From Trichormus sp. (lineage in GTDB: Bacteria > Cyanobacteriota > Cyanobacteriia > Cyanobacteriales > Nostocaceae), in assembly GCA_050633005.1 (NCBI GenBank), contig JBODRP010000003.1, positions 2,101 to 66,100 of the forward strand: DNA of 64,000 nucleotides, written 5' to 3'. Shown here one piece after another: positions 21,723 through 32,780 of this stretch. Numbering within the stretch: position 1 is the first letter of the stretch; every line of letters begins with the position of its first letter. The translations under genes were made by a program, and so were the position numbers. Below the pieces are notes generated by a model that saw only the letters and a list, made by a program, of their open reading frames with translations, was not told the DNA's origin and made no database searches.

Positions 21723-22460
21723 ATGAAACAGCTCCTCAACCAAGTTTTTAGGATGAAGCAACTCCTCATCCGGCTGATTTTACCTTTGCTGGCGGTGATT
21801 TTAGCTTCTTCATTATTTGCCACCTCCGCATTAGCTACGGGTGTTTATCAAATCCCCAGCTTGACAGATGGCGATTCCACCTGGGTTGTAGACCAAGGTG
21901 AAGTTATCAGCCGCATCAATGAAGGTCAGATTAGCAATAGCTTCGATGACTTGGCAAAGAAAACTGGTAACGAAGTCAGATTTGTAACTATTCGCCGCTT
22001 AGATTATGGAGAAACTCCAGAAACCTTTGCTAAAGCACTGTTCGAGAAATGGTTTCCAACTCCAGAAACCCAAGCTAATCAAACTTTATTAGTGTTAGAT
22101 ACAGTGACTAATGGCACTGCAATTATTTCTGGGGAGCAAGTCAAATCTCTGCTAACAGATGAGATTGCTAAGAGTGTGGCGGAAGCAACATTAGCAGCAC
22201 CATTACGCGATGGTAACAAATATAATCAGGCATTTTTGGATGCTAGCGATCGCCTAGTTGCAGTCCTCTCCGGCGAACCTGATCCTGGACCTCCCCAAAT
22301 CGTTGACAAAGTACAGGTAGAAGGCACATTTAAAAAAGCTGAAGAAACTGATAAGGGTAACGCTACAGCTTGGGTAGTAGGACTATTAATCGCTGCCACA
22401 ATTATTCCCATGGCCACCTACTATATCTATTTGGCAGTGCAACCATCATCAGAAGGTTAA
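21723..22460 (+). CDS. psb32: Photosystem II repair protein Psb32 (TPM domain)
   Basis: Signal peptide, TPM domain (RRLDYGET, YNQAFLDASDRL), C-terminal TM ATIIPMATYY. Confidence 0.85.
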   Translation: MKQLLNQVFRMKQLLIRLILPLLAVILASSLFATSALATGVYQIPSLTDGDSTWVVDQGEVISRINEGQISNSFDDLAKKTGNEVRFVTIRRLDYGETPETFAKALFEKWFPTPETQANQTLLVLDTVTNGTAIISGEQVKSLLTDEIAKSVAEATLAAPLRDGNKYNQAFLDASDRLVAVLSGEPDPGPPQIVDKVQVEGTFKKAEETDKGNATAWVVGLLIAATIIPMATYYIYLAVQPSSEG

Positions 22461-22640
22461 TTAGGGACTGGGGGCAGGGGACTGGGGGCAGGGAGTAGGG
22501 AGCAGGGGAGACAAGGTAGACAAGGTACACAAGGGAAAGAATTTTAGATTTTAGATTTCGGATTTTAGATTGAAATCCAATCCAAAATTGAAAATCCAAA
22601 ATCCACTCATTGAATTGCCCAATGCCCCCTGCCCAATGCC

Positions 22641-23036
22641 CTAATCTTGAATATACTCTTGCCCTGTGACTAAAGCCACTTCAGCGCGGACAAATTCACG
22701 CCCTAAATAAGCTGCGTGGTCTAGCTGACTGACAGAACAGGGCTGAGTTTCTTCAAAAACACGAACACATAGTTCCTTAGCTGTTCTACCGCTATATACT
22801 GTTGTGTGGGTGCGTTGTACTTTCCCCTTAGCAGGAATTACTTTTCCTGTTTCTGGATCTACAGCTAAACCACGGTCATCAATGACGTTTGTAAAATGTT
22901 TGGCGTAAATTAAACCCTCTGCTCTATCCAAATAGATAATGAAATATCCATAGGGATCAAGGTCAATGTGACGCTGGGAAAGTTTCTCATCAATTGCTGC
23001 TAAATCTTCTAGGATCAAATCCATAATCGGTCTCAA
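22641..23036 (-). CDS. DUF4346 family protein
   Basis: LDPYGYFII, GRTAKEL, LDHAAYLGREF, YIQD. Confidence 0.85.
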   Translation of the reverse strand: MRPIMDLILEDLAAIDEKLSQRHIDLDPYGYFIIYLDRAEGLIYAKHFTNVIDDRGLAVDPETGKVIPAKGKVQRTHTTVYSGRTAKELCVRVFEETQPCSVSQLDHAAYLGREFVRAEVALVTGQEYIQD

Positions 23037-23188
23037 AACTAAATTTATGTATTCAGAGTTTTTACACTACATATTAAGTGTAAATCTTTCTTAGCTGATA
23101 GTTACAAATTAACAACTCAGCTTTGAAATTACACGCACGGTTTTGACTGTTGACAGTTGCCAGATGACAGTCAGCATTTAAAAGCGTT

Positions 23189-24367
23189 CTATGGATTTTG
23201 TTTATTAAAAGGTAACTCCGCATTAATCGCGTCGATTTCCTGCTGTTCTAGTTGGTTCACTTCATGAATGTAGGGAAGTAAGATTTGTCCTAGACGACCA
23301 TGATAAAATCTATGCAGACTGTAATTAGGTTTAGCAGGGAAACCACGACGTTTTTTATGTCTGCCACCTGCACCGGGATCAAATAATTGGATGCCGTTAG
23401 CGATCGCCCACTCAATGGGTGCATAATAACAAGCATCAAAATGTAAGCAGTCGATTTCTTGAAAGCTACCCCAATAACGTCCATATAATCTATCGTCTTT
23501 AAACAAACAAAAAGACATCCCCACCGGGTGACGTTCATCTTGTTCGCTATAGGCAGCAAAAAATACTACTCGGTGGCGATAATTATGATGTAAATCCTCA
23601 AAAAATTGTTTGGTTAAATATTTACTGCCCCACCAGCCGAACTTATCACAAGTATCAGCATAAAATTGATACATTAATGGAAACAAAGATTTAGGAATAT
23701 CATCACCAGTGACAGGTTGTAGTTTTAGCCCTACTTTTTCTACTGCTTTGCGTTCTCGTTTAATATTGCGACGCTGGTTAGCGTTAAACACAGCCAAATA
23801 ATCGTCGAAATTCTGAAAGCCTAAATTTTCCCAAATGTAACTATGGTGTAACCAAGGGGTAAACCCTGTTTGTGTCAACACTGGTCGCCATGCGGGATCA
23901 ACATAGAGAAAATGACAGCTTGAAATGCGATTTTTGATACAAAAAGCATCAATTTCATGTACCATCATCGCTGTAATTTCTTGCTCATCCTCCCCAGGTG
24001 CAATTAAAAACCGATAGCCTTCGGCTGGGGTGAATGGAGTCATACCCAGCATTTTGGGGTAATATTGGACACCAATACGTTCTGCTAACTCTGCCCACTG
24101 ATGATCAAAGACAAATTCGCCATAACTATGACCTTTGAGATACAAAACAGCAGCAGCAATTAGAGTTCTATCTCGCCACAGTGTCAAGTGATTGGGTAGC
24201 CAACCAGTTTTGGCAGTAGCACTTTGAGAATGTTCCAGATTATGCAGCCAATCCCACTCTAAAAAAGGAGTTTTGAGGGGTAAAGCTAAAGCATCCCAAG
24301 CTGCTTTGGGGACTTCGGCGACTTTATTGATCCAAACGCTAGAATAACGCGGCTTGAGTTGTTCCAT
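23189..24367 (-). CDS. GNAT/FemAB-like family protein (DUF482)
   Basis: HSYGEFVFDHQWA, YGRYWG, HFDACYY, GAGGRHKKRRGF. Confidence 0.88.
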   Translation of the reverse strand: MEQLKPRYSSVWINKVAEVPKAAWDALALPLKTPFLEWDWLHNLEHSQSATAKTGWLPNHLTLWRDRTLIAAAVLYLKGHSYGEFVFDHQWAELAERIGVQYYPKMLGMTPFTPAEGYRFLIAPGEDEQEITAMMVHEIDAFCIKNRISSCHFLYVDPAWRPVLTQTGFTPWLHHSYIWENLGFQNFDDYLAVFNANQRRNIKRERKAVEKVGLKLQPVTGDDIPKSLFPLMYQFYADTCDKFGWWGSKYLTKQFFEDLHHNYRHRVVFFAAYSEQDERHPVGMSFCLFKDDRLYGRYWGSFQEIDCLHFDACYYAPIEWAIANGIQLFDPGAGGRHKKRRGFPAKPNYSLHRFYHGRLGQILLPYIHEVNQLEQQEIDAINAELPFNKQNP

Positions 24368-24541
24368 TGTTAGGGAATTGTATGGGGAATGGGGGCAGGG
24401 GGCAGGGGGAATGGGGGCAGGGGAGGCAGGGGAGAAATATTTACCCCAATGCCCGATGCCCGATGCCCAATGCCCAAAATTCTTTCATTTTGAATTTTGA
24501 ATTTTGAATTTTGAATTGATATGCCCAATCAATAGCCTAAT

Positions 24542-25234
24542 CTAATCTACTGATCGTTGTAGACGATAATGGAGAAAAACTTCTTGGTCAATGGTTTTCA
24601 CTTCTAAAAGTTGTAACCGAGGAGCTAATTTTGACAGAAAGCCTTGACCATCTACAGGTGTCGGTGCGGTCTGACCACCTAAAATCAATGGGCAGACAGT
24701 TAGCCATAATTCATCTATTAAATCTAACTCCAGCATAGAAGCTACCAATGCTCCACCACCCAATACTGCCAAGCGTGTTATATGTAAAGAGTCCAAATAT
24801 TGGCAAGCAGCAATGGGATCTATTTGGCCTGTTGAGGTTTCAAAAACTAAAATCTGGTCAAATTCGCTTCTTCCTTGCCAAAATTGTGCGCCTGCTGTCG
24901 TGGTGAGTAACCATCGTTTAATTGACTGTTGAAAAAACTGAATTTCCGGATTAAGCTCACCTGAATGTGTAATAACTATATGAATCGGCTGTTGAGGCTT
25001 ACCTTCTTGTTGTCGATGTTGTAAAAGCACTGACTGTGATATTGTCAGTGTTGTACCGTAGGCGCGGAGAGTGCCTGCACCCAATAAAACGGCATCGGCG
25101 GCAGCAATCTGTTGTTCTAAGTGTGTTCTGTCAACATTTGAGCCAAATCGAGCAGGCGATCGCCTAAAATCTGCTATTTTGCCATCTGCACTCATGGCTA
25201 AAACTACTGTCGTATGTGGACGATGTTGCACCAT
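24542..25234 (-). CDS. RibD C-terminal reductase family protein
   Basis: AMSADGKIA, GAGTLRA, LGGGAL, LIDELWLTVCPLILGG. Confidence 0.88.
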   Translation of the reverse strand: MVQHRPHTTVVLAMSADGKIADFRRSPARFGSNVDRTHLEQQIAAADAVLLGAGTLRAYGTTLTISQSVLLQHRQQEGKPQQPIHIVITHSGELNPEIQFFQQSIKRWLLTTTAGAQFWQGRSEFDQILVFETSTGQIDPIAACQYLDSLHITRLAVLGGGALVASMLELDLIDELWLTVCPLILGGQTAPTPVDGQGFLSKLAPRLQLLEVKTIDQEVFLHYRLQRSVD

Positions 25235-25653
25235 TGGGTTGGTTTGCTGGTCTGGTTATTTGACTTACTAGTACATGATGGCAGAAATCAAAAAGCAGGG
25301 GGCAAGGAAGCAGGGGGCAAGGGAGAAAAGCCACATAAAAAGAACGGGGTTTCTCTAGTCCCGTCTTTTGCCTCTGGTTTCTAAGTAAGTAGTCAACTAC
25401 GACATCATTAAAAAGTTAATTAAAATTTTTGTGTAATTCTCACCAAAGATACTTGATAAATATGTACCACAAGTCCATCTCACATCTACCCTCTACAATT
25501 TCTGGTATAGCACATTGCTTTTTGTTGATGAAATCTTTGATAACTTTGGGGGCTGATTAAAGAGTGCAGATAAATTCATAAAATATCTGCTCTAGCTTGT
25601 TTATTTATATATCTCGGCTGTTGTGGTTTTGCAGTTGTGAAGTGAGACGCTCG

Positions 25654-27648
25654 ATGGCTAATCCCCGTCAATCATCCTTTAGACGTATTTTAGTAACAAG
25701 AATTTTGTTGCTGTTTGTGCCTGTTTTATTTCTTGGGCAAATAGCAGCTTTGAATAAGGCACGCTCTAGCTTATTGAAAACAGCTCGTCAAAATTTAACA
25801 GATAGTGCTGTAATCAAGGGGGAGAAAATTTTAAATGCGATCGCTAATCTTAAAACTAATGTATTACTGGCTAGTCGCACGACGGTGATTCAGTCGGGAT
25901 CACCAAAGGAAATTCAAGAGTTTCTGACTCAATTAACACAGCAATTACCCAACTACGTCGAGTGTTTGCAATTAACTAATTTACAAAATCACCATATTGT
26001 TGCCAGTACTTGCACTGAGCCAGCTATTGCTCAAATTACCTTACCTTTTCCTGGTGAGGCGGTAAATATTAGAACTGTGCCACCGCCCAAGCCAGGAACG
26101 ACTGGTCACAGAAAGCCCCAACAACAGTTAGAATTAGTTCTGTTCGCACCTGTTGACAATAGCTCTGGGCAATTGCGCTATGCTTTGAGTTTGCAATCAG
26201 CCTTATACGAACAAACTAAAAATAAACCAGGATCACTGACTGGTTCAACCCTAGTTATTGCTGAAGACGGGACGATATTAGCACACCCCTTTGTAGAATT
26301 AGTGGGAACTAATATCAGAGAACACCCAGATGCGCCTCAACTCAAAAGTATTGTCAAAAATGCGATCGCAGGTAAAAAAGAGTCCATCAATTTACATTTT
26401 CGAGATGGCAGAGAATTAGTTGCAGGTTATACAGCCATCAATGATCCCATCACCACACACAAACCACAAAAATGGGTAGTGCTGGCAGTTACAACCGTAG
26501 ATAATGCCCTATTAGGTTTAGAAGAAATCAAATTGATTTTGATTGTTTTAACCGTGGGCTTAATTGGTGCTAGTTTATTAGCATCTTTATATTTAGCTCC
26601 CTACTTAGCTAGCCCTGTAGAAGCATTACGCGACTACGCCTTAAATATTCACAGCCACCACGCTGCTAATCCAGTTCCCCATAACTTTCAAATTCGGGAG
26701 TTTAATCAACTATCCCAAGCATTAGACCAAATGGTTGATCGGCTCAAAGCTTGGGCGGAAGAACTAGAAATTGCTTGGAAAGAAGCGAAAACAGCTAATC
26801 AAATTAAAAGCCAATTTTTAGCGACAACTTCCCACGAATTAAGGAATCCTCTGAACATTATTATCAACTCTATCCGGTTTGTGAAAGATGATATGTGTGA
26901 TAGCCGGGAAGAGGAACTAGAGTTTTTAGAACGGGCTGATGAAACGGCTATTCATTTGTTAGGAATTATTAATGATTTGCTCGATATCTCTAGAATTGAA
27001 GCAGGTAAACTCTCTGTAGTTACAGAACCACTAGATTTTAGACAAATCCTACTAGAAGTGATTAATGTGCAGTCAGTGAATGTTCAACACAAAGGTTTAC
27101 AACTCAAAGCTAATTTAGGGACTGAACCTCTACCGATTAAGGGAGATGCTGCCAAACTTAAACAAGTATTAATTAATATTATTGGCAACGCTACTAAGTT
27201 CACTGATGAAGGTGGAATTAATGTTTCCACCTCTTTGCATAATAATCATGGTAAATCTCAAGTTACTGTCACTATCACAGATACAGGCTTAGGAATCGAA
27301 CCATCCCAACAGCAAAAGCTATTTCGTCCCTATGTCATGGTAGATGCTAATAATACACGGAAATGTGAAGGTACAGGCTTGGGTTTAGCAATTTCCCGTA
27401 ACTTAATTGAACTTATGGGCGGTACAATCACATTACAAAGTGCTGGTCTTAATCAAGGGACTACGGTGAAGATTAGTTTACCTTTGATGGAGAAAGCAAA
27501 ATTGATTTCAAGAGAAGAGGAAAGTTCTCAAAATCTGGAAGTTAATCATGAAAGTGTTTATGTTCTTCATCCAGAAGAAACCCCTCTCAAGGACAATGGG
27601 GTGTATACTTCTCATCCTGAATTAGTTCGTCAGCCTGTGCAGAAGTGA
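25654..27648 (+). CDS. Membrane sensor histidine kinase (Cache-type sensor, HAMP-like linker)
   Basis: Two TMs; SHELRNPL H-box; NATKFT, DTGLGI and GTGLGL boxes; ATG 25654 preferred. Confidence 0.9.
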   Translation: MANPRQSSFRRILVTRILLLFVPVLFLGQIAALNKARSSLLKTARQNLTDSAVIKGEKILNAIANLKTNVLLASRTTVIQSGSPKEIQEFLTQLTQQLPNYVECLQLTNLQNHHIVASTCTEPAIAQITLPFPGEAVNIRTVPPPKPGTTGHRKPQQQLELVLFAPVDNSSGQLRYALSLQSALYEQTKNKPGSLTGSTLVIAEDGTILAHPFVELVGTNIREHPDAPQLKSIVKNAIAGKKESINLHFRDGRELVAGYTAINDPITTHKPQKWVVLAVTTVDNALLGLEEIKLILIVLTVGLIGASLLASLYLAPYLASPVEALRDYALNIHSHHAANPVPHNFQIREFNQLSQALDQMVDRLKAWAEELEIAWKEAKTANQIKSQFLATTSHELRNPLNIIINSIRFVKDDMCDSREEELEFLERADETAIHLLGIINDLLDISRIEAGKLSVVTEPLDFRQILLEVINVQSVNVQHKGLQLKANLGTEPLPIKGDAAKLKQVLINIIGNATKFTDEGGINVSTSLHNNHGKSQVTVTITDTGLGIEPSQQQKLFRPYVMVDANNTRKCEGTGLGLAISRNLIELMGGTITLQSAGLNQGTTVKISLPLMEKAKLISREEESSQNLEVNHESVYVLHPEETPLKDNGVYTSHPELVRQPVQK

Positions 27649-27770
27649 AATTTTGAACGCAAAGGATCGCGTAGGTTGGCGCATACCGCCAAGGGCGGAA
27701 CCCGTTCGCGTAGCGTCCCGTTGGCGCAGCCTCTCGTAGAGAAGGGAAGGGTAGGTACGCAGAGAGTTTG

Positions 27771-28811
27771 TTAGGAATTGTTGAGGGGGATTAATTTACC
27801 ATTTTGATTCAGGGAGGTGGTAAGTGCTGAGAGAATTTTGACTAATTGTGTGCCTACTTCACCTGATGAGATTTGGGGTTGGGTGTTCTGGAGGATGGAG
27901 GTGATAAAGGTGCTGCAAACTCTTTGTAAGGGTTCTCCTGTTTGTAATTCGAGTGTTTCTTGGCTTTGATTTATCGGTAAAAATAGATGTTCTTGGCGTT
28001 GAAATTCACCGTGTAAGAGGGTTAAGGGTGATGATGGTGACATTTCATCAAATACTAAAGTACCAAGGCTACCTACGACTGCTAACCGTCTTTGTTTGTC
28101 AGGGTTTAACCAGCACAGATGAATATAAGCTTGAAAACCATCTGGGTATGTGAGTGTTACCCAGACTAAATCTGCTAACCCTGATGCTGAGGTGTGAATT
28201 TCTTTAGTCGTCTGTTGCTGTAGCCAAACTCTACCTGTAGCTTGTACGCTGATGGGTACTTGACCTAACCAGTTGTTAAAGATGGCAATATCATGGATGG
28301 CTAAATCCCATAGTGCATCAACATCTTGGCGGACAGGGCCTAAATGGGTACGGGCTGCATAACCGTAACGCAAATCACCTAATTTACCCGCTTGTAGTAC
28401 AGCTTTTCCTCCCTCAACGGCTGGATGGAATAAATAGGTGTGATCAACCATGAGTATTAATTGTTGCTGCCGTGCCAAGTCACAAAGTTCTTGACATTCT
28501 GTGGGATATAGAGTTAATGGCTTTTCAGCTAAAACGTGACAACCCCAGTTAAGAGCGTCTTTTACTAAAGCATAATGGGTAGTTGCAGGAGTGGCGATCG
28601 CTACTGCTGTTAATTCTGATAATCCTTTTAAATCTTGCCACTGAGTAGTTAATACAACTTTTTCATCTAAGTTAAATTGCTGCTTAATTACCGCCAATCT
28701 TTCTGGAAGTGGATCTACTACAGCTACTACATTCACTTGGGGAAGTGCTAGAAAATTCCGCAGTAGATGCACTCCCCAACGTCCAACCCCAATCACAGCA
28801 ATGTTAATCAT
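27771..28811 (-). CDS. Gfo/Idh/MocA oxidoreductase
   Basis: GVGRWG, HVLAEKP, DLAIHD. Confidence 0.9.
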   Translation of the reverse strand: MINIAVIGVGRWGVHLLRNFLALPQVNVVAVVDPLPERLAVIKQQFNLDEKVVLTTQWQDLKGLSELTAVAIATPATTHYALVKDALNWGCHVLAEKPLTLYPTECQELCDLARQQQLILMVDHTYLFHPAVEGGKAVLQAGKLGDLRYGYAARTHLGPVRQDVDALWDLAIHDIAIFNNWLGQVPISVQATGRVWLQQQTTKEIHTSASGLADLVWVTLTYPDGFQAYIHLCWLNPDKQRRLAVVGSLGTLVFDEMSPSSPLTLLHGEFQRQEHLFLPINQSQETLELQTGEPLQRVCSTFITSILQNTQPQISSGEVGTQLVKILSALTTSLNQNGKLIPLNNS

Positions 28812-28865
28812 TAGTTATTAACCACTTGATAACTGTTCACTGATTCAACTCCCCTACAACCTAAC

Positions 28866-29588
28866 TTAATCAGTATTACCCTGGGGATTAACTGCTAAAA
28901 ACGCCACTTTAGCGGCTGCTTGTTCGGCGGCTTTAATAGAGCGTCCTTTGCCTTCACCTAGTTTTTTATCATACAACCAGACTTCTGCCATAAAGCGTTC
29001 TTGAGTGCGGTTGGCTTGATTGACTTCTACAACCCGATATTCTGGTAAAACCTTGAATTGGGCTTGTGTCCATTCTTGTAGGGCAGCTTTATAGTTTAGT
29101 CTAGCGGGATCGAGGCGAATTTCTGCCGCTAGCTGGCGAAAATGGGAATCTAACCACGGGCGAATCAATTCTAAATTATTGGTGCTGAGGTAAAACGCGC
29201 CTAAAACTGCCTCAAAAGCGTCTGCTAGCCGTGATTCTTGCCCAACTTTATCACTGGTGGCACTGCCAGCGACGAGTAAATGTAACTCTAAACCATATTC
29301 TCTGGCTAATTGGGCGAGAATGCGATCGCTCACCAAAACTGAACGAATAGCAGCAAAATCTCCCACAGGGCAATCTGGATAAGTTTCCCATAAAATTACA
29401 GCCGCCGCTAATCGCACCACTGCATCACCGACAAACTCTAGTTGTTCATAATTAGCGGAATCGGAAACTGTAGGATGAGTTAAAGCTAAGTCTAGTAATT
29501 GCCATTTAATCGGTGCAGTAGTTGGCAAACCTAACTTTCTCACTAAGCTTTCAAGCTGTCGCTGACGACGTGGATAAACAAGGCTCAT
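28866..29588 (-). CDS. rnc: Ribonuclease III
   Basis: ALTHP, YEQLEFVGDAV, ADAFEAVLGA, dsRBD with KAAEQAAA. Confidence 0.95.
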   Translation of the reverse strand: MSLVYPRRQRQLESLVRKLGLPTTAPIKWQLLDLALTHPTVSDSANYEQLEFVGDAVVRLAAAVILWETYPDCPVGDFAAIRSVLVSDRILAQLAREYGLELHLLVAGSATSDKVGQESRLADAFEAVLGAFYLSTNNLELIRPWLDSHFRQLAAEIRLDPARLNYKAALQEWTQAQFKVLPEYRVVEVNQANRTQERFMAEVWLYDKKLGEGKGRSIKAAEQAAAKVAFLAVNPQGNTD

Positions 29589-30072
29589 TAGTTATTAGTT
29601 ATTCATCATTAGTAGGACTTATAGCAATTCGTAATTCGTAATTCGTAATTCGTAATTGGCTTCTCGAAGACGCTGCACGTAGGTTGCTTCCACAAAGTGG
29701 TACGAAGACAGCAATCAAGAAAGTCAGATACCATCCGAGTTTCAAGCTTTGCATCTGTTACTTAATTTTGGAGAATTGATATTACGTAATCACTACAAAA
29801 ATTAAGTTATTGAGATTGATTCTCTACCGCCGCAATTACGAAGATACGTTAGAGTTGCTTAAGTCCTGAACAGTTGCAATTAGTTATTAGCTATTAATCA
29901 ACAGTTGATAGTCGTTAAATTTGACTGTCCGAATTTTAGATTTTAAATTTTGAATTTGGGATGGAATCTAAAATCTAAAATCCCAAATTTAAAATTGATT
30001 GATGCGTGCAGTCAATCTAAAATCTAAAATCCTAAATCTAAAATTGGTTGACTATGGACTATTGACTAAAAG

Positions 30073-30517
30073 AGGAGAGAGTTGGTAGTAAGCCGGGTTC
30101 TGTTTTCTATGTAGATTGCTCTACAAGAAGGCGGTTATCTATCTGGGACGTTTGTTACCAAACGCCTCTAGCGGCTCTTTGTTAGCGGAACTGGTAAAAG
30201 ACCAACCATAGTTCCTCCGGCCTTGCTCCCAACCGGGGTTTACCGAGCCAACGCCTCTCGACGTTGCTGGTGCGCTCTTACCGCACCTTTGCACCCTTAC
30301 CAAAATAGAGTTCAAAATCTCAAACCCATCATCCAAAATTATTAATTTTGAATTTTGAATTTTGAATTTTGAATTGTTTTGGCGGTATCTTTCTGTGGCA
30401 CTATCCTCACGATCGCTCGCACTGGACGTTATCCAGCAAGTCTGGTCTTTGGGGAGTCCGGACTTTCCTCAAACCAGCATTCACTGATCTGCAACCGCCT
30501 ACGCCTACTCTCTCCCT
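30073..30517 (-). ncRNA. rnpB: RNase P RNA (type A) with STRR in P12
   Basis: Minus strand has GAGGAAAGTCCGG, AGTGCCACAGAAA, GGTAAGAGCGCACC, GGTAAACCCC and ACAGAACCCGGCTTA; terminal P1 pairing. Confidence 0.97.
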
Positions 30518-30560
30518 AATTCCAGTTTAGTCCCCGATGATATCATAATGTGCTGTTTGA

Positions 30561-31262
30561 TTATTTCTTTTTATTCCAAGGTAGGGCGTAAGTCCACGGT
30601 AGTTTTTTGACGGTGAAGGGACAATCAATAATGCAAATGGGGGGATATTCTGAACCAGGAGCAATACCTGCTCTGATTTCTGACAGGCGTAATACTAGTT
30701 GTAGAGAAAATTCTATTTCTTTACCTCTATTCATAAAGTCGCCATACAACTTTTTCTGGGGTGGCCCTCCTTTTTTTAAGCCGCCAATATCAACTATGGG
30801 TTTTTTGACTGTGTAAATCCCAGTGTCTTTATCCCGTCCAAATAAATCTTCGGCGGTAATTGACTCTGATAAAGACCTTTTAGGCACAATCAAGCTAGGA
30901 CTTTGGGGTAAAGCCAAGTCACGGGTTAAATCGGGTGATTTTCTGATAACTCGACAGGATTTATTGTTAAGAATTAAAGAGCTATTATCCCAATCTACAT
31001 AGATAGCGAGATTCTCAGATTTATTATCGATACTCATGGATAGTTCCTTGAGTTCGTCCATCGGATCTGAGGATTTAAATTTAAAGTTAACGCCAATTTT
31101 GTCTGCTAAACCTTGCTCTTTGAGGGTGTTATCAACAACTCCTTTTTTAAATTCATATTTAATGCGATCGTCGATGGATTCCACCATCATATTAAAGACG
31201 TAAGCAACGCCGATAATATAAATAGTTAATACCACTAAATTTTGGTCATTAGTCGTTGCCAT
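30561..31262 (-). CDS. Hypothetical cyanobacterial protein with N-terminal TM
   Basis: 233-aa ORF with N-terminal hydrophobic segment. Confidence 0.7.
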   Translation of the reverse strand: MATTNDQNLVVLTIYIIGVAYVFNMMVESIDDRIKYEFKKGVVDNTLKEQGLADKIGVNFKFKSSDPMDELKELSMSIDNKSENLAIYVDWDNSSLILNNKSCRVIRKSPDLTRDLALPQSPSLIVPKRSLSESITAEDLFGRDKDTGIYTVKKPIVDIGGLKKGGPPQKKLYGDFMNRGKEIEFSLQLVLRLSEIRAGIAPGSEYPPICIIDCPFTVKKLPWTYALPWNKKK

Positions 31263-31450
31263 AATTGAGCGTCCAGAATCTGTATAAGATTTTTGTTATG
31301 TAAATAAGGGTGTAGGGGTGTGGGGGTGTAGGGGTATGGGGGTGTGGGGGTAGAGGAAGTAAATTCTAGCGTGTTTCCCTTGTCTCCCTTGTCTCCCTTG
31401 TCTCCCTTGCCTCCCTTGCCTCCCCTGTCTCTCTCCCAATCCCCAATCCC

Positions 31451-32596
31451 TCAGTCACGCTTAATACTGGTAGAATTTTCTAACCAACCCCGTTGCCAGA
31501 ATAGAAATAATAAACCAAACCCGATAAATGCCATAGCTGCTAGACAAAGTGGATACCCCCAATACCAATTGAGTTCGGGCATATTATACGGTGATTTTTC
31601 CGTATTGAAATTCATGCCATAGATACCTGCAATAAAAGTTAGGGGAATAAAAATAGAGGACACTACCGTCAGCAACTTCATGACTTCATTCATTTTGTTA
31701 CCGACAGCTGAAAGATAGACATCCATCAAGCCAGATGCTAGCTCTCGGTAAGTTTCTACCATATCCATGACTTGAACAGCATGGTCGTAGCAATCTCTTA
31801 AATAAATTTGTACTTCTTCACTAATTAACTCACTGCGATCGCGTATTAAAGCATTAATTGCGTCCCGTTGTGGCCAGATAGCACGGCGTAGTTGCAGTAA
31901 TTCTCGACGTAGTTGATAAATTTTCTGTAGGGTTTTGCGGGTAGGTTTGGCTATGACTTCTTCCTCTAAGTCTTCTAGTTGTTCCCCGTAACTCTCTAAA
32001 ACTGGGAAAAAACCGTCAATAATCGCATCTAATAAAGCGTAAGCTAAATAATCTGTTCCCTGTCGGCGAATTATCCCTTTTCCTTTCTCAATTCTGAGTC
32101 TGACTCCTTCAAAACAATCATGTTCTGGTTCTTCCTGAACTGTGAGCAGGTAGTATTTTCCTAAAATTAAACTGACTTGTTCACTATAAAAACCATAGGT
32201 TCTTTCTTTTGGGACTACCATTCGGGCAATAAATAGTAGTTGGTCATCATAGTCTTCCACTTTAGGACGCTCAGATACATTTACCACGTCTTCTAACACC
32301 AAAGGCGATAATTCAAACACTTGCCCCATTCGTTCTAAAATGTCCTGATTACCTAAACCTTGGACATCTACCCAAGAAACAGATTCTTGATCGAGATAGG
32401 GAATACATTCTTCTGGGGTGGCTACCTGTTGACGAATAACATTAGTTTGGTTGTAGTCAATTAAACATATTGTCGGTGGTGGCGCGTCGGCATCTATAAT
32501 AATCGTTCCTGGGGGAGTTCCAGGGTAATGATAAAATTCATCTCTCCGTGATTTAGTGGAATCTTGGCGACGCAGTTTTTTGAGCATTCTAACCAT
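31451..32596 (-). CDS. corA: Magnesium/cobalt transporter CorA
   Basis: GIYGMNF signature and MPELNW. Confidence 0.95.
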   Translation of the reverse strand: MVRMLKKLRRQDSTKSRRDEFYHYPGTPPGTIIIDADAPPPTICLIDYNQTNVIRQQVATPEECIPYLDQESVSWVDVQGLGNQDILERMGQVFELSPLVLEDVVNVSERPKVEDYDDQLLFIARMVVPKERTYGFYSEQVSLILGKYYLLTVQEEPEHDCFEGVRLRIEKGKGIIRRQGTDYLAYALLDAIIDGFFPVLESYGEQLEDLEEEVIAKPTRKTLQKIYQLRRELLQLRRAIWPQRDAINALIRDRSELISEEVQIYLRDCYDHAVQVMDMVETYRELASGLMDVYLSAVGNKMNEVMKLLTVVSSIFIPLTFIAGIYGMNFNTEKSPYNMPELNWYWGYPLCLAAMAFIGFGLLFLFWQRGWLENSTSIKRD

Positions 32597-32780
32597 GCAC
32601 TGTCACCCGATGGATTTAGCCTAATTGTCAACAATCTTCATTTTCGTCAGCAAAGGAGAAATTAACAACCAAAAATATGAGATTAAACTAATTCGTAATG
32701 ATGCTCCCGCCCTGCTCCGCTCTAAAAACAAAAACTCTTTCTTCCCCCTGCACCCTGCCCCCTTGCAGTCTTAACGCAGA

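Noticed and set aside
30139..30336. 65-aa ORF
   Set aside because: Lies wholly within rnpB
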